Positions 58,145 through 64,000 of a stretch of 64,000 nt of DNA are shown here, piece after piece (positions within the stretch are counted from its first letter, which is position 1; each line of letters opens with the position of its first letter). The stretch comes from a virus. Its lineage: Duplodnaviria > Heunggongvirae > Uroviricota > Caudoviricetes. A program made the position numbers and the translations under genes. The stretch lies in the IMG/VR virus record IMGVR_UViG_3300008107_000002; one strand, written 5' to 3'. The notes below the pieces were generated by a model. The model searched no databases, was not told where the DNA came from, and saw only the letters and a program-made list of their open reading frames with translations.

Positions 58145-59238
58145 TTAATATGCTCCAGCAACTGATCTGCACTAAAGAAATATTTAGATAAGTCTTCAGT
58201 TTGTTTGCGTAATTGTGATAACCGTTTTTCGTAATGTGTCATTGTAACAATAATATGATGGCACAATTCTTGCCTATGTTGCAGATAACTATTCCAATCT
58301 TGTGTCCATGCACTAGGATATTTAAATCCTTCATAATACATTTCACTGTATGACAAGCGATCCGGAACCATAGGAATAGCATCGAGTAAGGCTCCCTCAT
58401 AGCAGCCAATACCTAGTGTTTCCTGTAGGCTGGCACTAAACACAATTTTAGCTTCGCCTAACAAATTATGATACTCATTCTTTGTTAGCTGTTGATCCTG
58501 ACACACAATAAATTCATATTGAGGTAGCTGTTCTTTGAGATCTCTAAAAATCTCAACCTGCTTCTCGGGTGCGATGCGATGAGGGAAAAGGATAAGATCA
58601 CGTTTAGGCATACCTTTATACGAAGTAAGGGCTAAATCCATATACTCCATTGGCCAGCCAGTTTTAACAATCTTGCCGCTGTCATAACGTTCGGCCCAAT
58701 CTTCTTCGTACCAAGGATTTTCACTTTTAAAGCCGTCTTCTAACAATTCGTCAAAGAACAATTTAACGTGAAATTCTGTAGCAAAGTAATTATGATCAAA
58801 TGCATGGAAGAAACTTTTTTCGGCATGTCTTACCCACTTCTTCTTGCCAACAAGCCGTCCGAGGAAGTCTTGCGGATCATAACTGCCAGCATGCCATAAG
58901 CCGTGTGTAACAACTGGTATGCCCAGTAGTTCGCTCATGTATTTGAGATTGATGATACCAGGGTGCCAAGCATCAGTAAATACAAAGTGATCACCGGCAC
59001 GAACGGCTCCGTCGCAAAAAAGGCGACCCATCTGCTGAACCTGTGCTGACTTATATATGTTGGTACCGCCAAAATTAAGGAAAGCACCAGGAGTAGTGGC
59101 AGAAGGAATATCTTCAGGGCCAGAAATAACTTGAACATTGTGTCCTGCCTTTTGTAAAAGAGCGGGTACATGGGACTTCCATTGTCCCGTGTACCTTGTC
59201 TCAACTGATTCTAAATCAACGAGAAAAACGTTCGCCAT
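58141..59238 (-). CDS. GT-B fold glycosyltransferase
   Basis: FPHRIAPEKQ...QETLGIGCYEGA...PDRLSYSE matches the GT-B C-terminal E-x7-E region. Confidence 0.8.
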   Translation of the reverse strand: MANVFLVDLESVETRYTGQWKSHVPALLQKAGHNVQVISGPEDIPSATTPGAFLNFGGTNIYKSAQVQQMGRLFCDGAVRAGDHFVFTDAWHPGIINLKYMSELLGIPVVTHGLWHAGSYDPQDFLGRLVGKKKWVRHAEKSFFHAFDHNYFATEFHVKLFFDELLEDGFKSENPWYEEDWAERYDSGKIVKTGWPMEYMDLALTSYKGMPKRDLILFPHRIAPEKQVEIFRDLKEQLPQYEFIVCQDQQLTKNEYHNLLGEAKIVFSASLQETLGIGCYEGALLDAIPMVPDRLSYSEMYYEGFKYPSAWTQDWNSYLQHRQELCHHIIVTMTHYEKRLSQLRKQTEDLSKYFFSADQLLEHIK

Positions 59239-59467
59239 TGTTTCTATTCTCGTGTCTTGGTTTGTTGCCTAAATACGGCTTGCGCTCACCGTTCCATGCA
59301 GGACGAGAGAAATATTTATATTCCTGAGATTTATAAAGATCAGCAGGATTATAAGGAAGCAGATTAAATCTGCAATGATCTAACCAGGCGTCGAGATCGT
59401 CGAACACTTTCTCGACTTCGGGTTTCATGCGGAGAGTTTTTTGAATATAGGCAGGGATATTTGCCAT
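59216..59467 (-). CDS. Hypothetical protein
   Basis: Likely start MANIPAY at 59467, just after the QueD-like stop. Confidence 0.65.
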   Translation of the reverse strand: MANIPAYIQKTLRMKPEVEKVFDDLDAWLDHCRFNLLPYNPADLYKSQEYKYFSRPAWNGERKPYLGNKPRHENRNNGERFSR

Positions 59468-59468
59468 T

Positions 59469-59867
59469 TTAAGATTCCATTGTAGAAATGTGATTAATAA
59501 AAGTAAGTGCGGCGCCGTTCTCACCGTCTTCACTTACATCGATGATGGTCTTACGACCGGGGTACCTTGCTTTGATTTTCTCGTTTAATTCACGAGCAAT
59601 CATTTCACAAGATTTGTGGTTGAGCTCAAGTGTACCTTCGCTGTACATCTTTTCAAGCCAACGCTTAAACTGGATAAACTCAATATCGCGATCATCTTGA
59701 TAGACTTGGATAAAGACTTTAAAATGGAAAATATGACGATGCGGTGTTCCAAGGAAACTTACATCATATTCGTCGCCTGTGGCTAACTTGGGGTCAGTTG
59801 CCGCGGCAGGATACATATGAATACCTTCTTTACGGAAGGTAACCCAAATCATTGATAAATCACTCAT
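59469..59867 (-). CDS. QueD/PTPS-like T-fold protein with non-canonical active site (DpdL-like candidate)
   Basis: His plus HRH zinc ligands, SCE and EDGENGA; L-x3-HRH-x-F replaces the QueD C-x3-HGH. Confidence 0.75.
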   Translation of the reverse strand: MSDLSMIWVTFRKEGIHMYPAAATDPKLATGDEYDVSFLGTPHRHIFHFKVFIQVYQDDRDIEFIQFKRWLEKMYSEGTLELNHKSCEMIARELNEKIKARYPGRKTIIDVSEDGENGAALTFINHISTMES

Positions 59868-59882
59868 AATTTTCTTTCTTTG

Positions 59883-60554
59883 TTAAACAAGGGGGATCCA
59901 ATGGTTTTCATACAAACTGTTGTCTATAATTCTTCCTGGTAGAATATCAAATGCAATAGTAATTCTTGGTCTATCTGAAATTGCCCAGGGAATATTTCTA
60001 TGCATCGGACCACTGGGACTTATAAACAAAAAGTTATCTTGACCGCACACATCGGCTAGTTCATATTCTGTATTATGTTCTAGTAGACACATATTATTAT
60101 AAACGTAATCCTTTTCGTGTGCAATACTTTCTTGAAAAAGTGGAGGAAATAATGCATAAGTTGTTTTACTCTGATCCACATCAACGCAAAAATATCCGTG
60201 CCAGCCATTATCTTTGCTTTCAAAATGACTATGCCATCCTACACTTTTTGAATTGTCATACACGTTGACCCATGATCTCAAATACCAAGGTTCGTCAGTT
60301 GGCTGAATAGTTTTCCAAAAATTTGAGATTTCAACAAATAATTTATGCAATTCTTGCGAAGAAAACAAAAAAGTGTTGTATTTAAAAAATAATCTAGTAC
60401 TGAGATTACTAAAAGCTGGCCCATCAACGGGAACTTTAAAATTTCCGTATCTATATTTTACTGTTTCGTAAATAGCAAGGCAATCTTGTTTTGCTCGTGC
60501 TAGATCAATATCAAGTTTTTTAATCTTGAAATGACCCGAAGTCCATTCGTTCAT
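59883..60554 (-). CDS. Putative 2OG-Fe(II) oxygenase
   Basis: WVNVY...GWHSH...GYFCV...MHR...RITIAFD pattern. Confidence 0.7.
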   Translation of the reverse strand: MNEWTSGHFKIKKLDIDLARAKQDCLAIYETVKYRYGNFKVPVDGPAFSNLSTRLFFKYNTFLFSSQELHKLFVEISNFWKTIQPTDEPWYLRSWVNVYDNSKSVGWHSHFESKDNGWHGYFCVDVDQSKTTYALFPPLFQESIAHEKDYVYNNMCLLEHNTEYELADVCGQDNFLFISPSGPMHRNIPWAISDRPRITIAFDILPGRIIDNSLYENHWIPLV

Positions 60555-61093
60555 TTGATAATTGTATCATTTTTGTACGCATCCCAGCTAGTGAATTTTG
60601 TACGGTCTTTTAAACTATGTAGACTATGCGTCCACACACCTGGATTAGTTGCTTTAAAATCTTTGTCGTCAATTTTAATCATAGTGTTATAATTCCATAG
60701 TTTAACGTATGGAATTGGTACACGTATTTGCGGAATAAAATTATTATAATCATTCAAACTGCCATCGTTGAATTCTTCAACTGCACTTAATGGAATATCC
60801 AATGAACATAGGTATTCCTTAACTAGGAAAAATTCAATCATTTTTTCCCATTGACTCCATTCGTCTGGAGTTTGAGGATTAAAACTATGATTAGCTCCAA
60901 AAAAGATATGCGTAATGTGTTTAGACTTATCTTCATACGAGTTAAAGTCATCTAACCAATCTTGTATATCTTGGTTAGATTGCACACCGGTTACAAATAG
61001 AGTATTCATTCCAAAAGCAGGGGTATGCTCTACTTCTTTACCAAAAAAGAATACAGCATCCCCTGCTTCACCTGACGCATAATCTCTTTTCAT
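60551..61093 (-). CDS. Hypothetical protein of the modification cluster
   Basis: FFGKEVEHTPAFGMNTLFV...HIFFGANHSF; 180 aa. Confidence 0.75.
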   Translation of the reverse strand: MKRDYASGEAGDAVFFFGKEVEHTPAFGMNTLFVTGVQSNQDIQDWLDDFNSYEDKSKHITHIFFGANHSFNPQTPDEWSQWEKMIEFFLVKEYLCSLDIPLSAVEEFNDGSLNDYNNFIPQIRVPIPYVKLWNYNTMIKIDDKDFKATNPGVWTHSLHSLKDRTKFTSWDAYKNDTIIK

Positions 61094-61290
61094 TAGGCTT
61101 TTGGCATTGAAATTGCTTCTGCAATGAATACATTAAGAGCATCAACATCAGGTACAGCAAATTTGCATAGATGCCACTCTTCTGGATTATTAATATTCAA
61201 TCCAGTAATCTCAAATAAGAAACCAGAATCAAACATAGTAACGCTAAATCCAGGTTGTACTTTTGAAACTTTATCACTAATTGTCGCCAT
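61093..61290 (-). CDS. Hypothetical protein
   Basis: 65 aa, AAGGA SD. Confidence 0.65.
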   Translation of the reverse strand: MATISDKVSKVQPGFSVTMFDSGFLFEITGLNINNPEEWHLCKFAVPDVDALNVFIAEAISMPKA

Positions 61291-61329
61291 TTTATTTTCC
61301 TTTTATAAAAGTAGTATTAACTACAGCTA

Positions 61330-61369
61330 TATTTACTTAAAGTATATATTCTAATTTAGAAAACGTCAA
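61330..61369 (-). promoter_or_regulatory. Sigma70-type promoter TTGACG-17-TATACT followed by late core TAAATA (61330-61335)
   Basis: -35 at 61364-61369, -10 at 61341-61346. Confidence 0.7.
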
Positions 61370-62919
61370 GCGGTGACGCCTTCTTCTAATCTCCGAAGTT
61401 CGTCGTCATCCGGATTAGCTAAATCAATTTCATCAGCCGAAGTTACTTCTTCAACTTCGAACAAACTGCCAAAGTTATTTTGAGCAGGCCCGCCTTGTAG
61501 ACGTGCTCCTTCTAAACTTTTTAAGAATGGAATTGCTTGCTCAATCATTTCAAATGCTTCTAATTTTGTTTTAGTATTAAACAAATCTTCAATAAGACTA
61601 TTAAAATATAAAATATTACGAGGAACCCAATCACTATATTCATCGCTCATATCTGAAGATTTAACTTTCTTCCAATGTTTCCAATTAATTTTACCACGAG
61701 TCTTGGCAATTTCAATATCCATCAACTGTTGAGCACGTTGTACAGCAACAATATGACATTCGACATTATGACCCATCATCAGTGCGTAGGCAAAACTATC
61801 CCATGAAGTCTTACCTTCCTTGCCGATCTTATTGAGCATACCGGGAGCATAATGGGCAATATCCCCCATTGTTAATCTGCGACCAATTTCACTTTCGAAG
61901 GGAAACGGGATGTCGGACTTTGCAAGTGCTTTGTTATCTGGTGCCTTGTCCATAATAACGCTCCACCTTTTGGGAGTGTGGACTGCGTTTGTGTAGACAA
62001 GTCCGTGCGCTGTTGCAATGAACGGTGAGGCGCAGTCAAAAGATATGGTAATTTCTTCATTGATATGTTTCCTAATTTGTCGTTGAATCAAAGTTAAGTA
62101 ACAACTCCAGTCAAGTTGCGCTGTACCCAAGAAGTGGATCCAGTTTTTGCCCTTCAGCAAACCATCTTCTCTTAACGTCATTAGACGTTTGAGAGTAATA
62201 TCCATTTTACACATATTAGCACCACCAAAGGCCCAACCTTCGGCTTCCTTACCAGCATACTTGCCTTTGGGATCACTAAACTCTTTAACACCATCATACC
62301 ACTTTTCAGCAGTATCCCAGTCACTACCTTGTAGAACATTAAGCCATTTAGTTTGACCTAATCGATTCATTAAGAAGTAATCGTTATTAAACTTTGTTTT
62401 ATCCAAACAATCTTCAAATGTTTTTAAACCAGTCTTTGGACTATGGATGTGATCACAAGCCCAGGTAGGAACGTCTAACATCATAGACCAATCAGCGGTT
62501 AGTTCTAACCACTCTAAAATCTTTTGACGTGTAGCGTTTGCTGACTTACCTTCAAAATCTAACCAGTCAAACTTGAGAACACCTTTACCAATTTGATATC
62601 CACCAGAGTCGCCTAGAATCATAGTATTGTTTCGATCACGTTGTTGGATCATAGATTCTTGCACAAGACTCTTTTGTAAATCTAGTTGTGCATGACCCGC
62701 TGAATACAACCCATACTTATAGGTAAAATACCCTTGTTCCGGATTAAGAAAATTCATGCCTTCAATACCACGATCAAATCCTTTAGGAATACGACCAGTA
62801 GGAACAAATTCTTCTAGACGTTGTTTAGCAACGTAGGTACTGTAGAAAGAACTAATTGCGGGTAGATATACTGCATAGTCTTTTTGTAAAGGAGTTAGGT
62901 TAACTGGCGGTCTGTTCAT
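61366..62919 (-). CDS. dpdA: tRNA-guanine-transglycosylase-like DNA modification enzyme (DpdA family)
   Basis: TGT motifs LGDSGGYQ, MMLDVP, VLQG, HFLG, SFD and GHN; clustered with folE, queE and the queD-like gene. Confidence 0.8.
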   Translation of the reverse strand: MNRPPVNLTPLQKDYAVYLPAISSFYSTYVAKQRLEEFVPTGRIPKGFDRGIEGMNFLNPEQGYFTYKYGLYSAGHAQLDLQKSLVQESMIQQRDRNNTMILGDSGGYQIGKGVLKFDWLDFEGKSANATRQKILEWLELTADWSMMLDVPTWACDHIHSPKTGLKTFEDCLDKTKFNNDYFLMNRLGQTKWLNVLQGSDWDTAEKWYDGVKEFSDPKGKYAGKEAEGWAFGGANMCKMDITLKRLMTLREDGLLKGKNWIHFLGTAQLDWSCYLTLIQRQIRKHINEEITISFDCASPFIATAHGLVYTNAVHTPKRWSVIMDKAPDNKALAKSDIPFPFESEIGRRLTMGDIAHYAPGMLNKIGKEGKTSWDSFAYALMMGHNVECHIVAVQRAQQLMDIEIAKTRGKINWKHWKKVKSSDMSDEYSDWVPRNILYFNSLIEDLFNTKTKLEAFEMIEQAIPFLKSLEGARLQGGPAQNNFGSLFEVEEVTSADEIDLANPDDDELRRLEEGVTA

Positions 62920-63286
62920 CTTGTATTAATATCTCTGTTATTTTTAATTGTTCTTCTAATCGATTTACTTCTAGTTTAGCTTTATTTAGGTTTTGTTTAG
63001 CGGCTTTGACAGAAGGATGGTCTGACGGCAATGTTATTAACAGTTCTTCTTCAATCTTCTTCTTTTTAGCCCATTCTAACAGCATTTTTGTTTCAGTATT
63101 AAGTTCTACAGTGGCGTAACTAGTAGATATAGTTACCCAGTTAGTGCCGTCGAATACTTGCATATCAGTACCCCATACTCTAATCATACCCTGTATGGGG
63201 TTTGTGGTGTTTTGATTAACATAGGGCACACTAGTGTTACCTCCTGATACCGTAACACCTACCCCACTTGCTAGACCTTTTATCAT
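62900..63286 (-). CDS. Hypothetical protein
   Basis: 128 aa between the clamp and dpdA. Confidence 0.7.
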   Translation of the reverse strand: MIKGLASGVGVTVSGGNTSVPYVNQNTTNPIQGMIRVWGTDMQVFDGTNWVTISTSYATVELNTETKMLLEWAKKKKIEEELLITLPSDHPSVKAAKQNLNKAKLEVNRLEEQLKITEILIQDEQTAS

Positions 63287-64000
63287 GCGTTAGCTGGAAT
63301 AATATATTTGTAAACAGCAAGTCCACTATCTAGTGTAATTTGCATTGCACCTTCATTACTAAAGCTAATAGTAGAATTATTTGAATCTGCAATTTTAAGA
63401 ATTGCTAACACACTGGCTACAGGCCAAGTCCATGCTTTATTTAGGTTACCCTTAACATCAGTGGCAAATATAAATTCACCGCCGTGTGTTGATTGATCAC
63501 CAAACACAAATTTGAGATTGCCGTTTTCTGTTTTAGCAATAAACGTAGTATGTTCTGTATTAGCACTGGCCTGAAAATTAAAACGTTGAACAGATTGCAG
63601 TGTTGGAGAAACTTCAACGTCCCACTTAACACCTTTAAATTTTATTGTCTTAAGTTTTTCGTTAATAATTTCAGTGTTCATAAAACGATAGTCGTTTTTA
63701 AAGTCACCTGTTTTATTTTCAAAATGTAATCCTACTGGAATTTCGTCGCCGTTGCGTTCTGCCTTGACTACTTTAATAGAGGCATTTTCTTTATATTCGG
63801 GGCAGTCTAGATGATATTTTAGTTTATTAAGTTGCGGCATACCAAAGATGCCTATCATGTCTGGATATGGTCCCGCAGTTTCTGCCTGCATAATGACGCT
63901 TCGATCGTCTGCCATACTGTCAATAGCAGTTTTCTTTTCGTCTCCGGTAATTTTAACGATATTTAAAAAGCCTAGGTTGTGTGTGTGGCCTACAATATCT
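63283..64000 (-). CDS. DNA polymerase sliding clamp-like protein (gp45-like), 5' end beyond the window
   Basis: The frame stays open past the track's ATG to the edge (DIVGHTHNLGFLNIVKITG...); alternating beta/alpha clamp pattern ending ITLDSGLAVYKYIIPA. Confidence 0.65.
   Translation of the reverse strand, partial: DIVGHTHNLGFLNIVKITGDEKKTAIDSMADDRSVIMQAETAGPYPDMIGIFGMPQLNKLKYHLDCPEYKENASIKVVKAERNGDEIPVGLHFENKTGDFKNDYRFMNTEIINEKLKTIKFKGVKWDVEVSPTLQSVQRFNFQASANTEHTTFIAKTENGNLKFVFGDQSTHGGEFIFATDVKGNLNKAWTWPVASVLAILKIADSNNSTISFSNEGAMQITLDSGLAVYKYIIPANA

Noticed and set aside
61300-61324. GTAGT-atta-ACTAC hairpin and TTTTATAAAA palindrome
   Set aside because: Short, AT-rich and expected by chance; does not cover the SD.
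1-64000. CRISPR or TIGR-like arrays, DGR, integrase, transposase, intein
   Set aside because: No regularly spaced non-coding repeats, reverse transcriptase, recombinase or intein motifs were seen by eye.
1-64000. Stop-codon reassignment
   Set aside because: Very long intact ORFs (up to 4302 aa) and dense tiling under the standard code.

Overview
This window is part of the genome of a large T4-like (myovirus-type) phage. It is AT-rich (about 30-35% GC in lines I sampled), uses the standard genetic code and is almost fully coding. From left to right it holds: (1) a minus-strand head module (scaffold, gp21 protease, acidic core protein, gp20 portal) and a tape-measure gene; (2) a divergent chaperone/hub pair with a candidate -1 frameshift; (3) the only large non-coding stretch (about 8700-9159), which folds into a multi-stem, probably pseudoknotted RNA directly downstream of a minimal GIY-YIG nuclease, next to histone-H1-like genes, gp46/gp47 and the late sigma gp55; (4) a 32 kb plus-strand baseplate/tail module with gp53, a gp5 carrying OmpA and M15 peptidase domains, gp25, gp6, a 4302-aa wedge protein, a collagen-like protein, a subtilase and four paralogous fibre proteins; (5) a minus-strand early/replication region with thyA, a MoxR AAA/VWA pair and a flap nuclease, then a 7-deazaguanine DNA-modification cluster (QueE, FolE, QueD/DpdL-like, TGT-like DpdA) interleaved with MazG, a cupin, an FkbM methyltransferase, a truncated UDP-glucose dehydrogenase, a GT-B glycosyltransferase and a 2OG oxygenase, ending in a partial sliding clamp. 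Both sigma70-type promoters and T4-late TAAATA boxes are readable. All protein calls come from motif recognition by eye; no database searches were run.
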